This document shows, in pieces, positions 19,282 to 29,234 of a DNA stretch of 64,000 bases. Position numbers and translations under genes: made by a program. How positions within the stretch are numbered: position 1 is the first letter of the stretch; every line of letters starts with the position of its first letter. The notes beneath the pieces were generated by a model. It ran no database searches. It saw nothing but the letters and a program-made list of their open reading frames with translations, and had not been told where the DNA came from. This DNA comes from a virus (lineage: Duplodnaviria; Caudoviricetes), in IMG/VR virus record IMGVR_UViG_3300035530_000023, positions 7,951 through 71,950 of that record; one strand, given 5' to 3'.

Positions 19282-21021
19282 TTACTGCTCTTCATTTTTT
19301 GTATATGCAGAACCTGGCACAATTACCTTACTCGTATTTAAAATCTTCGGTAACACTTCAACTATTCTAGAAAACAATTCATGATACAATTTATAAGGTT
19401 GAATAATACCAGATCTACTAAGAAAATCGATATCTTTAATTTCACGAATATCCATATCGTAATACTGGTATTTATTCAATTCAGTATCTTTACTCATACT
19501 ATTAAAAGGTAATTTCGAACTATCGTCACCATAAATAATACTCAACAAACTAATAACGGATTTCTTGAGTATTGGATAATCAATAGCTTCCGCTACTATA
19601 GCAAGTTTATTATTTCCATCGATCACAAAACCATGTTCAAGTGTAGAAGTGATAGCTCCTAAGGTATCTTCAACTACAGTATTGTTAGCATGATTATCCA
19701 TAGTTTTACCACTAACAACTAGAGTAGGTACTGTAGGATTTAACATATTTTTATAGATACGAATATATTCTTCCAATTCACTTACTCGTAAATGGTGACT
19801 ATGTTGAGCTCTATCAATTAATTCCTTTAAATCTCTACACGTTTCTGTATACAACGAATTCATATCGTTCAAATAAAATTCATGAACTTTTGTTTCTGTA
19901 TTTATTAGAGTGTCTACGTTATTGACTGTAAGGTATAATTTATTTCCCTTAAAATGAATTAATAGATCACTAACAATCCAATCTTCTACTTTAAAAGAAG
20001 TTGTTGTTGTATAACTATCTAAAGATGCTGCCAATGCCCTCAGTTCAGGATATGTATGATTCTTCAATTTGTCATTGTAAAGAAACATGTAAACGCCAGG
20101 GCATTTATTTATAGCAGTAATAATATCTGGAGAAGCAGAAGAAGCTAATATAACTAAATCATCATCAAGATCTTCACGATCTTTCAAATAATTAAGTAAC
20201 ATATCAGTTTCTGCATAACCGATAGCTAAATGATTATCGGCTATAATTAATTTTGTAACATTTTTATATTCAGTTCCTAATCCAAAATTTAGTGGCTTAT
20301 TTACACCCAGAAAGGCTTCAATTTCAAAATGGTGTTTAGGATAATCTACCCTATAAGCATAATCCGTCTCTACGGGATCTCGTCTATATGTAAATAGTGA
20401 ATACAACTCTTTAGGTGTATTCTTAAAGATCTCATACATAGCTTTAGAGAGTTCAATATCTCCTTTACTAGAAACCATAGATTGCATATATGCAATAATA
20501 GCTCGCAATTCATTCTCTTCTATATCAGTACAAAAAGTACAAATATCAGAAACTTCTATTTTGTATTTATTGAAGGTACAAAGAATGGTATCAAATCTTT
20601 GCTTTAACTCCTTCCCCAGTTCAGAAAGTGATTTATCATCTTTCCTTTTATTCTTCTGGGTCAACGCATATTTGAGAAGATGAGAAGCTAACAACATACT
20701 CGAAGTAGTTCCGTCGTGGGCTATACTATCTACTCTAGTTCCAATGTATGTAATCAATTCTTTAATGTAAGTCTGGATAGGGCTTACAAATTCAACATTA
20801 TTTAAAATATGAATACCATCTTTAGTGAATACATTAGCGTTATCGTGACCCAACCCTTGTTCAACAACAACTAATGCATCAGTAGAAGATGGACCACAAT
20901 GTTCAGATAATACAGTAATAATTTCATCTAATGTTACTAAAAAGATATTACGTAAATTCTCTCCACTCACGTAATTCGTAATACCTTCGTTAGAATTTAA
21001 AAGTACTCGAGTGTTGGTCAT
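19282..21021 (-). CDS. Divergent chaperonin (Cpn60/GroEL-like fold)
   Basis: CGPSS ~ LGPKG; [10 protein letters not shown] ~ [17 protein letters not shown] ~ [28 protein letters not shown] ~ [28 protein letters not shown] ~ GILDPTKV. All occur in GroEL order within 579 aa. Confidence 0.85.
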   Translation of the reverse strand: [579 protein letters not shown]

Positions 21022-21406
21022 TATTCATTTCCTCACGCTTAGCCTTTTGTTTTTGTAATTCAATTGCCCGTTCTTTTAGTCGTTTATACTCTTCAACTTT
21101 TAACCGTAATAGTTCGTACACGCCATATGAAGTATCCATCAGTTCGTAAAATGTTAATCCAAATAGTTCTGACCATTCTGGAGTAGTCATCATATCGTCA
21201 GCTATTTGGTCAACTATAGATATTTCATCAGCATATGTAGATTCGTCATATTCAATATTACCTAAGACTGTACGATCCGAATATGGTTTATATGTCGAAT
21301 TAAATGATTCGTTGAAAGTTAGTATACTTCTATATCTATCTAACCCTTCAACATTCCGTAATACGTCCGTGATGAGGTAGCGAAACTTATCATTACGATC
21401 ATACAA
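20990..21406 (-). CDS. Putative baseplate hub assembly protein (T4 gp51-like role)
   Basis: LFGLTFYELM motif; directly downstream of the hub-like gene. Confidence 0.4.
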   Translation of the reverse strand: MYDRNDKFRYLITDVLRNVEGLDRYRSILTFNESFNSTYKPYSDRTVLGNIEYDESTYADEISIVDQIADDMMTTPEWSELFGLTFYELMDTSYGVYELLRLKVEEYKRLKERAIELQKQKAKREEMNNDQHSSTFKF

Positions 21407-21432
21407 TTCAGTAGGATCAGTAATTTCTCGAG

Positions 21433-22953
21433 TTACTGGCTCAACATCATCACGGACTGGACGAAAAAAGTATACTGTATATCCATAGGCAAAATGCCAT
21501 TTACTACAGATTTAGGTACGTGCCCACATTCTGGACATTTCTCATATGGAATACCAATATGTGAAACTGCAGATTGAGTAATAAATTCTCGCATCTGAGT
21601 ACCAAACTCAGTATCTTCTAAAAGTTCACTATCAAGAATTTTACTAATAAGTGAAATATCCGTTACTCTAAAGTTGATACTACCATCTTCATTCATAGAT
21701 CTAATTTCTTTAATCCATGGAGCAAAGATCTTGTAAGCGTTATATTTAAGATATCGCAAAATGTCTTCAGTATGTTCTAAACTATGAACACTCTTAATGA
21801 GGCTAGCATTAAATTGTGCCCCATAATCTAAGAAATCATAAAGAGAAGGAACCTTAGTAATAGCTACCCAATTATTATGCATAGGAAATGATTCAGATAA
21901 ATTTAAATTATCTTGATAGTCTACAATATCCTTCTGCGATTTCTTTGCTTTGTTGCCGAGAATATCAATACACTTCTCACTAAGCATACTGTAATTATTG
22001 AATCGAATTTTTCTAAGATCGATAGTCTTCTTTTCCGTATAATTACATCCAGCATTGGTACAGGTAAATGTCATGGGATATCCTTTCTTGAACATCAAAG
22101 ATCCGATAGCCCAAACAATACTATCATAATCCAACAAACTAATGGACTTAAGAAGAGTATCTCCTCTATTCCAATTCTTCAATTCTGCATCAGTTACCAA
22201 TTTTCTAAATAAGGCAATAACCGCTTCTTTGATAACTAAATTATTAAACAGATAAAAATGTGTACCAAATTCCTTTCCATATACTACGGTTTCGGTATAA
22301 GTCTTATCATAAAATACACTTAACTCATTAAGTTTGGGACCTCGTAGAGTAATATGAAATCCACTATTAAGTAGTTGAATACGTCGAGCATCAGCTTCTT
22401 TAGTCAAGATCAACAATTCAGCCTCTTGACCCGTAACTATCTTACCATTTCTATTGGCTTTATCGACAGGAGATGCATCTACTAATTTTATATCATCCTT
22501 AACGTATTTAGATGTTAGTTCTTTTCCTTTAGTCGTATCCAATTGAGCTTTACTAAAATCGACTGCAGCAGAAAGATCATCAAGAATATTTCTCAAAATA
22601 TACAATTGGGAAGTTGTATCTTCCAACTGGGCACGGACTTCGGAAGGGGATAATGATGACAACAACTCTTCAATCTTATCTACAATCTCTGCTGCTGTAG
22701 CTGAAATTCCTGACTGTACTAAACGATCGCCATTAAATTCGGTAGTATCTTTCTTACGAGATAAAATATCATAAATATCAAATTCATCTTCTTCAATAGA
22801 TTCTGTTTGTACATCGTCCTCGACCCAACTAGGTTCATCTGTATCGACAAATTCATCATTAGAATCTTGAGAAGGTACCATTTCTTCGTCCGATTTCACA
22901 TCCGATACCTCTTCAGAGTCAATCGAATCTGTATCTTTAATATCTTCAGACAT
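21433..22953 (-). CDS. Putative baseplate hub subunit (T4 gp26-like, phiKZ gp101-like)
   Basis: ITLRGPKLNE motif; CxxxxC (CTNAGC) and CPECG cysteine pairs; acidic N-terminus. Confidence 0.55.
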   Translation of the reverse strand: MSEDIKDTDSIDSEEVSDVKSDEEMVPSQDSNDEFVDTDEPSWVEDDVQTESIEEDEFDIYDILSRKKDTTEFNGDRLVQSGISATAAEIVDKIEELLSSLSPSEVRAQLEDTTSQLYILRNILDDLSAAVDFSKAQLDTTKGKELTSKYVKDDIKLVDASPVDKANRNGKIVTGQEAELLILTKEADARRIQLLNSGFHITLRGPKLNELSVFYDKTYTETVVYGKEFGTHFYLFNNLVIKEAVIALFRKLVTDAELKNWNRGDTLLKSISLLDYDSIVWAIGSLMFKKGYPMTFTCTNAGCNYTEKKTIDLRKIRFNNYSMLSEKCIDILGNKAKKSQKDIVDYQDNLNLSESFPMHNNWVAITKVPSLYDFLDYGAQFNASLIKSVHSLEHTEDILRYLKYNAYKIFAPWIKEIRSMNEDGSINFRVTDISLISKILDSELLEDTEFGTQMREFITQSAVSHIGIPYEKCPECGHVPKSVVNGILPMDIQYTFFVQSVMMLSQ

Positions 22954-22966
22954 ATATCAAATCTCC

Positions 22967-23812
22967 TTATTTAGATTTTGTTGTTTTTAGTTTCTTAAGT
23001 TTTGGATAATATTTCATATGTGGTCGTGTACTAATAACTGTAACGTTAGGAGCAGAAAATAAACTAACATATTCGATATATCCATCCTTAACCCAAGTAA
23101 TCAAATTACAAACAACTGGATCTTTATATGCTTTAAAAGTTTCCTTCGTAGCAACTGTTTCTAATCCATCCATCAAATAGATTTCAAAAGTTTCAGTTTT
23201 AAGTTGCTCTGAACCATATTCTTTATTATATTCCTTAAGTTTATCAAGGTAATCTACTAACGAACCTTTAATCACATGCAAATTTTTATCTTTCATACTG
23301 TCAAGTGCAATTGGGTATGTGATATAATCCAATTCGTTAGTATTGATGGCTTTATAATTTTCATAATATCTACCGAGTGTGGTAGTAGCTTGAAAGATAA
23401 TAAGTGGCCAAGCTAGTGGTATAGGACTATCATCTTTTGCGTTCTTTCGATAGATTATACCTAGCTCATCGGTGTGTATTTCCATACTTTCAAGATCACC
23501 CTTACATTCGACAAGATATGATAGTACTTTAGTTATATGTACTACCATCTGAGTTTTCTTGGTATGAATACCCATATACTTAAATATTGACTTTATAGAA
23601 TTTAAATCTTCTGAGTCATGGATTTTGAGTATATGTAAAGATAATGTGGCATCGCAAAATTTTACTAATTCATCAGGTTTCTGATTGGATAAAATAAACG
23701 TATTTGGTGAGTCGCTTATTCCTAAATATAAATATGCTCCTTTTCTACCTGAAAGTGAAGAGAAGTAAAATTTTGAAAGTTTAATGAGTTGTTTCTGTTC
23801 TTGTGGGGTCAT
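22967..23812 (-). CDS. Hypothetical protein
   Basis: ORF track starts at 23905; a GGAG RBS precedes ATG at 23812 (MTPQEQ...), so that start is preferred. Confidence 0.65.
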   Translation of the reverse strand: MTPQEQKQLIKLSKFYFSSLSGRKGAYLYLGISDSPNTFILSNQKPDELVKFCDATLSLHILKIHDSEDLNSIKSIFKYMGIHTKKTQMVVHITKVLSYLVECKGDLESMEIHTDELGIIYRKNAKDDSPIPLAWPLIIFQATTTLGRYYENYKAINTNELDYITYPIALDSMKDKNLHVIKGSLVDYLDKLKEYNKEYGSEQLKTETFEIYLMDGLETVATKETFKAYKDPVVCNLITWVKDGYIEYVSLFSAPNVTVISTRPHMKYYPKLKKLKTTKSK

Positions 23813-24269
23813 TCTCTTCTCCTTCAAGAATACTAAATACCAATTTATTATTGTCAACTCGAACAATGTTAGAAACAGACGATTGGATTTTTTGACTAAT
23901 GTCAATAGTATCTGTAGATAACTGGGTAAATGTAAGAAGCAATTTAGTCATTCCTTCTAATGTAACAATGTTCTCAAATTTGTTAGATAAATCGATTTTA
24001 ATATCTTCTAACTTTTCTTTATAGATAAGATATTCTTTAGATTTAACATTATAGATATCCATACAATCTTTTTCTGTAGCAATTCGTTTAAATTCTTTAT
24101 CTATTGTATTAACTTGATTAAGTGCTACTTCAATAAATTCAATTAATTTTTTTACTTCACTTTTCATCTGAGTAGAAAAGTTGGTATTAGATTTTCTTTT
24201 CTTCGTTACCTGTTGTTTACGTTTTAGCTTCTTAGAATTTTTCTTATTTTTAGAAGTAGTCATGCCCAC
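23781..24269 (-). CDS. Hypothetical coiled-coil protein with basic N-terminus
   Basis: 162 aa; AAGGAG RBS; Lys/Arg-rich start. Confidence 0.65.
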   Translation of the reverse strand: MGMTTSKNKKNSKKLKRKQQVTKKRKSNTNFSTQMKSEVKKLIEFIEVALNQVNTIDKEFKRIATEKDCMDIYNVKSKEYLIYKEKLEDIKIDLSNKFENIVTLEGMTKLLLTFTQLSTDTIDISQKIQSSVSNIVRVDNNKLVFSILEGEENDPTRTETTH

Positions 24270-24328
24270 ATTCTCCTTATTGTATTAATAGTGTTTAACT
24301 TATAATATTGGCTATATTTATTAAAAAA

Positions 24329-24367
24329 TATCCATAAGCGGGAGTGTAAACCCCCCGCTTATGGATA
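24329..24367 (-). terminator. Intergenic hairpin
   Basis: 14-bp perfect stem that extends through a G.U pair only on the minus strand. Confidence 0.7.
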
Positions 24368-24395
24368 GTTTCGATGCAACATACGAAATATAGAA

Positions 24396-24914
24396 TTAAA
24401 CAAAAGTCTTAACAAACTCAGCAGGGAAACATTCAGTTACCATATCTAACGATACGCGGTCAATACACGACTTAGCAATATTCAACCCTTCTATCTTATC
24501 TTCGGGTACAGTTGTATGAAAAGATTCCAAAGCTCCTTTTACTGAACTGGTAACTAAATGACTATCAATAGAACTTAACTTCTTAGCTACTCTATTGGCA
24601 ATTGACAGAGTTATATCTTTCTTTTTGTAAGTATTATTTAAATATGTACTAATACTCTTTACCATTTCTTTATTGCCACAATTATACAATTCGATAGCCC
24701 GATTAAGTGCAGCTTCTACCTGCTTTTTAGCATCATGCATATGGATACCTTTATTACAAAGATAATCAATATACTCTTCCATGATACTAATTCTAACCAT
24801 ATTCTCTGAAGCGATGAGAAATCCTTCATTACATTCATTAATTTTATGTTGAACAGCTTCCATTCCTGAAGTATCGTCACCCAACAACCTTTTAAATGTC
24901 ATAATGGTTTTCAC
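24396..24914 (-). CDS. Hypothetical protein, possibly head-associated
   Basis: 172 aa; SGME, IASE and GALE motifs; followed by a hairpin. Confidence 0.5.
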   Translation of the reverse strand: MKTIMTFKRLLGDDTSGMEAVQHKINECNEGFLIASENMVRISIMEEYIDYLCNKGIHMHDAKKQVEAALNRAIELYNCGNKEMVKSISTYLNNTYKKKDITLSIANRVAKKLSSIDSHLVTSSVKGALESFHTTVPEDKIEGLNIAKSCIDRVSLDMVTECFPAEFVKTFV

Positions 24915-24950
24915 TCCTTAATTTGTGGTATATGTAAGATTTAAAAATAA

Positions 24951-24960
24951 ACATATTATC
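24951..24960 (+). promoter_or_regulatory. Early-type promoter motif upstream of the DNA polymerase gene
   Basis: ACATATTATC about 40 nt before 25001. Confidence 0.55.
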
Positions 24961-25000
24961 TCCATAAGATGTTAACTATTACAAACTGAGGAGTGTAAGT

Positions 25001-27130
25001 ATGAGAGTACCCGAACTCGCAATTTACGACCGTCACAAATATCAAAGTGCTATAACTAAAGAATATACAAATAATATAATTGCTTATATGTCAGCAAAAC
25101 ATCCTCAACTAGATCCAGATAAAATTAAAAATATAGTAATTAATATAGTAGAAAACAAACTAAATAGACCTAAGTTAGCACAAATAAATCATCCCGCATA
25201 TGGAGATGCTCAATTAGATAAAATGGATCTTCTTGAAGCAACTAACAGTATGACTGATTCTATTGTTACTCCAGCAGGGACTAGATATATGAAACCGACA
25301 ACTAGACCATCTTTTGTCAAAGAGATGATTCAAAACGATTTAAAGCAACGTAAAATTGTAAAAAATGAAGCTTTAGATCATGGCGCTCGTGGCGAAAATA
25401 GACAAGCTGCAATTAAAAACGCAATTCAGACTCGTATTAAAATTGGAGTCAATTCCATTTCAGGAGCAATGAATAGTGCATATAACTGCTTATACGATCC
25501 TGCAGGATATAATGCTATTACATCTACAGCTCGACACGGATGTATGGTGGGATATGGTCATACCGAAAGATTTTTAGAAGGTAATTTTTATTTTACCAAA
25601 ATCGAATCAATCATCAACTGGATCGTACAACTAATACGAGTATGTCCTACACAAGAACATATAGAAAAGATGATGGATCAGTATAACCTATACCAACCAA
25701 TGCCAGATGAAGTAGTTGCTAATTTTATTGATTCGTTAAAGAATTATACTTCCGATATTCACAAAATTCAATTGGCTACATTTGTAGAAAAACTACCATT
25801 TTACCAATTGGCTTTTGTATATTATGCATGTAACCTTAAAAATATTATTCGTCAAAACGAAAAACATTTTAGACCTTGGTTAGAATACTTTTTTACTAAT
25901 CCAGATATTGATAATATAAATGAAGATATTGATCCATACGAATTGTTTAAATTAGATGGAGATTTGGTAACAATGGTATCATCCATCAATCCTGATCTTC
26001 TTGAAAATAATCCACCATTCGATACTCCTAAAGATCGACCTGACATTGCTAGAAAAATTATTATAATCTCTAAAGTATTTCAAACTAAAATAAATGAATT
26101 GCAAGATTTATTCGATACTTTTATTTATGTGATGGTCGATTTACCTGATGCTACTAAACATAAAAATATGTTAAGAAGGTGTGTTATTGTATCCGATACT
26201 GATAGTATTATTTTTACTACCAAAAATTGGATTGAATGGTATTCTAAAGGTATAAATTTTAAAAGTACTTCATTCCAAATTAATGCACTAGTTGTATATC
26301 TATTGACCAAATCTCTCACTCACACTTTTGCAGTAATGAGTATGAATATGGGAATTGAGGGTGACGATCTTCGAAAGATTTCTATGAAAAATGAATTCCT
26401 CTATCCTGTTATGTTGCGTACTCCAATGGGTAAACATTATGCCGGGATTACTACCCAACAGGAAGGTCGAGTTTATAAGAAACCAAAACCTGATATCAAA
26501 GGTAAATTTTTACGTGGATCTGATCTCTGCAAAGAATCAACTACTGCTGTAAAAGATTTTCTATTACAGATGATCGATGATTATATGAAATATTCCATTC
26601 TCGATAGTAGAATATTAATAGATAAAGTTGTACAATTCGAACATAAAATTATTCAAAGTATTGAAAACAAAGAAACTACATATTTTGGAACTGTACCAAT
26701 TAAGTTTAAAGATGACTATGCTAATTATATTTCTTCTACATATTTCTACTATATGTTGTGGCAAGATGTATTTGCTGAAAAGTATGGAGATATAAATATT
26801 CCACAAAAATGTAAAGTAGTTCCTATTCATGGAAAGTTGTTACGTAAAAAAGATATTATAGAAAAGATAGTTAATATGGATAAAGTTATAGGAGAAAAGT
26901 TAATAACATTTCTCGAAAAATATAAAAATAAAAACATTACACGAATAATTATTCCCCCAGGAATTGATGTACCTCAAGAAATAGTAAATGCAGTCAATGT
27001 AAGAACTGTTGTTTATTCAAATGCTTCTCCCTTTTATTTGACTCTTAGAAGTTTGGGTATAGGGATTATGTTTAAAGGAAAACAGAATATCTTATCTGAT
27101 ATGTACAGCACTACACATTTAGAAATGTAA
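25001..27130 (+). CDS. Split family-B DNA polymerase, polymerase (motif B/C) subunit, phiKZ gp82-like
   Basis: KIGVNSISGA (motif B), VSDTDS (motif C), KHYAG and IKGKFLRGS; no exonuclease or motif A segment recognised. Confidence 0.85.
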   Translation: MRVPELAIYDRHKYQSAITKEYTNNIIAYMSAKHPQLDPDKIKNIVINIVENKLNRPKLAQINHPAYGDAQLDKMDLLEATNSMTDSIVTPAGTRYMKPTTRPSFVKEMIQNDLKQRKIVKNEALDHGARGENRQAAIKNAIQTRIKIGVNSISGAMNSAYNCLYDPAGYNAITSTARHGCMVGYGHTERFLEGNFYFTKIESIINWIVQLIRVCPTQEHIEKMMDQYNLYQPMPDEVVANFIDSLKNYTSDIHKIQLATFVEKLPFYQLAFVYYACNLKNIIRQNEKHFRPWLEYFFTNPDIDNINEDIDPYELFKLDGDLVTMVSSINPDLLENNPPFDTPKDRPDIARKIIIISKVFQTKINELQDLFDTFIYVMVDLPDATKHKNMLRRCVIVSDTDSIIFTTKNWIEWYSKGINFKSTSFQINALVVYLLTKSLTHTFAVMSMNMGIEGDDLRKISMKNEFLYPVMLRTPMGKHYAGITTQQEGRVYKKPKPDIKGKFLRGSDLCKESTTAVKDFLLQMIDDYMKYSILDSRILIDKVVQFEHKIIQSIENKETTYFGTVPIKFKDDYANYISSTYFYYMLWQDVFAEKYGDINIPQKCKVVPIHGKLLRKKDIIEKIVNMDKVIGEKLITFLEKYKNKNITRIIIPPGIDVPQEIVNAVNVRTVVYSNASPFYLTLRSLGIGIMFKGKQNILSDMYSTTHLEM

Positions 27131-27135
27131 TGAAG

Positions 27136-27174
27136 TATGTACTAGGATATCCCGTTGGGATATCCTAGTACATA
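27136..27174. terminator. Hairpin between convergent genes
   Basis: 18-bp perfect stem, loop GTT. Confidence 0.8.
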
Positions 27175-27180
27175 TATACT

Positions 27181-27645
27181 CTAAGAAACTTTTTTCATCT
27201 TATCAGCTTCCGACTGAGCCAATTCGTCTACTAAATTATTCTTTTCGCAATCACTATGTCCCTTTACCCAATGAGCTTGTACGATATGTATTTGAAGAAG
27301 TTTATGTAACTTTTCCCACAAATCTCTATTTTTAACATCTTGTGGTTTACTACCTTTCCATCCAGAAGTTATCCAATTTTTTCTTTTCCACATATCGATC
27401 CATTTGTATTGAATAGCTTTAACTACATATTGACTGTCTGAGTATATAACAACTCGGGAAGGTTTATTAAGAACTGACAATCCCTCAATGACTGCAATCA
27501 ATTCCATTCTATTATTTGTAGTATCTAAAGCTCCACCAGAGAGAATATTAATATTACCATCGGCTTTTTCTATATGAGCAGCCCATCCTCCTACATTATG
27601 CTGTCGCTTATAACTACCGTCAGTATACATCGTTACTATATCCAT
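27181..27645 (-). CDS. rnhA: Ribonuclease HI
   Basis: YTDGS, GGWAA, TTNNRMELIAVI, YSDSQYV, NRDLW, WVKGH and NNLVDELA: full catalytic D-E-D-D set. Confidence 0.96.
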   Translation of the reverse strand: MDIVTMYTDGSYKRQHNVGGWAAHIEKADGNINILSGGALDTTNNRMELIAVIEGLSVLNKPSRVVIYSDSQYVVKAIQYKWIDMWKRKNWITSGWKGSKPQDVKNRDLWEKLHKLLQIHIVQAHWVKGHSDCEKNNLVDELAQSEADKMKKVS

Positions 27646-27716
27646 AATTAATATTATTCTCCCTAATTAATAAATGGTAATGTTTCAATATAATAGTTAA
27701 AGGGCGTATAAATTTA

Positions 27717-27754
27717 TATGAGTATATCTCCCAACATTGGGAGATATACTCATA
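27717..27754. terminator. Intergenic hairpin
   Basis: 17-bp perfect stem, loop ACAT. Confidence 0.75.
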
Positions 27755-27771
27755 GTAGAATATAGAAATTA

Positions 27772-28320
27772 CTACATTTTCTGCAAATGTTTGTATGTAG
27801 CAAAAATAGTCAATACACCAACAGAAAAAGTAACTATTCCAGCAATTACTTTGGCTAAAAACATATATCCTTTTATAGTACTTTTAAACGTACCAATAGT
27901 GTCTTCAATGACTTCTACTTTTTTCGTAATACTATCTATCTCAACATTTATTCTAGCGACATTCGATTTATTGGATGTGTTGTATGTAGTTAATGTTTGT
28001 AGAGATTTAGATAGACTTTTAGTAACCGTAATTACATCTTTAAATTTACCTTTACAATCATCTTCAAAGGTTGCAAACATTTCAATCCGATGTAATACTG
28101 TTTGTAACTGAGTAGTTAGTTGTATAATATCTCTACTTGCAGTTTCAAGTTTTTCTGCCATATCTTTAAGAGCTATTTTATCCATATTCTCTTGAGTAGA
28201 TAATGTAGTAATAACTTGAGTATGCTTATCGATACTCTCAACTAATTTTTCAATGCGACGTTCTATTTGGGTTCGCCACTCATATTGTAATTTTTCTACA
28301 GCATCTAAATTAGCAGTCAT
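27772..28320 (-). CDS. Coiled-coil protein with C-terminal transmembrane helix
   Basis: Heptad-rich body; hydrophobic MFLAKVIAGIVTFSVGVLTIFATY. Confidence 0.65.
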   Translation of the reverse strand: MTANLDAVEKLQYEWRTQIERRIEKLVESIDKHTQVITTLSTQENMDKIALKDMAEKLETASRDIIQLTTQLQTVLHRIEMFATFEDDCKGKFKDVITVTKSLSKSLQTLTTYNTSNKSNVARINVEIDSITKKVEVIEDTIGTFKSTIKGYMFLAKVIAGIVTFSVGVLTIFATYKHLQKM

Positions 28321-28422
28321 CGTACTTTTCCTTTAACTTTTTCAATACAGATGACATAAATATATATCTCCAAATTTCCATAAAAATATCCCCTCAAATT
28401 CTTTATATATTAATAATTTATA

Positions 28423-28707
28423 TTACGGAGTTAGTTCTGTATGGTTTACATCCCAAACATGAAATAATTTCTCGAAAGAACATACATTAGAATCATGTAT
28501 TGTTTTATCAAGATTTAATAATCTGGATTTGATAACATTCAAATTAGTAGCCGTACGTTGTAAGTTTAACGTAATATTATCATCGAGTTGATTATTACAC
28601 TTTAATGTTTGGTCATTTTGTTTATTTCCCTGTAAAATGTTCTCTAATCTTTTATCAATTGAATCAAAATATTGAGAATTGGAAGTATTTTTAAAAGTAG
28701 ATATCAT
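28423..28707 (-). CDS. Hypothetical protein
   Basis: 94 aa, start overlaps the upstream stop codon. Confidence 0.5.
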   Translation of the reverse strand: MISTFKNTSNSQYFDSIDKRLENILQGNKQNDQTLKCNNQLDDNITLNLQRTATNLNVIKSRLLNLDKTIHDSNVCSFEKLFHVWDVNHTELTP

Positions 28708-29210
28708 AGTTTTTTACCCAAAGATGGTCGTTTAGTTGTTGAAATATTTTTAAATGCTGCACCAAAAAAATAATTCACAATAGGACTTAAAACTGACCCT
28801 AAAATAAAAACTAATACTATATCAATATATCTACTATTTTCTTCAGATACCATAATAAGGCATATCATAACACAAGTGAATGATAAAACTACGAAAACGA
28901 AAGCTAAATAATAGATAAAATTTTTATCAATATGAGTAGGTTTTTCGTCTCTATCTTCACATTCATACAACTTCTGAAGATTATTAGTTATTGTATTGAT
29001 ATATTGATTCATTCTTGAGTTGATATTGTCAATCTCTATTTTATCTAAATTTTGCAATTTAGTAGGATTAGATAAATCAAGATTAGTATATTCTTTAATA
29101 ATTGTTATATTTTTCTCATATGTGTCAGGTAACATATAAGGTAACAATTCATCTATATGAACTATTCCTTTTTCTTTTGCTAAAAATAATGTTGAAATAA
29201 TATTTTTCAT
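28704..29210 (-). CDS. Holin-like membrane protein
   Basis: Two hydrophobic helices ending ILGSVLSPIVNYFFG plus a basic tail; immediately downstream of the peptidase. Confidence 0.5.
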   Translation of the reverse strand: MKNIISTLFLAKEKGIVHIDELLPYMLPDTYEKNITIIKEYTNLDLSNPTKLQNLDKIEIDNINSRMNQYINTITNNLQKLYECEDRDEKPTHIDKNFIYYLAFVFVVLSFTCVMICLIMVSEENSRYIDIVLVFILGSVLSPIVNYFFGAAFKNISTTKRPSLGKKL

Positions 29211-29234
29211 TATAAGTAACTCCAGGAATATAAA

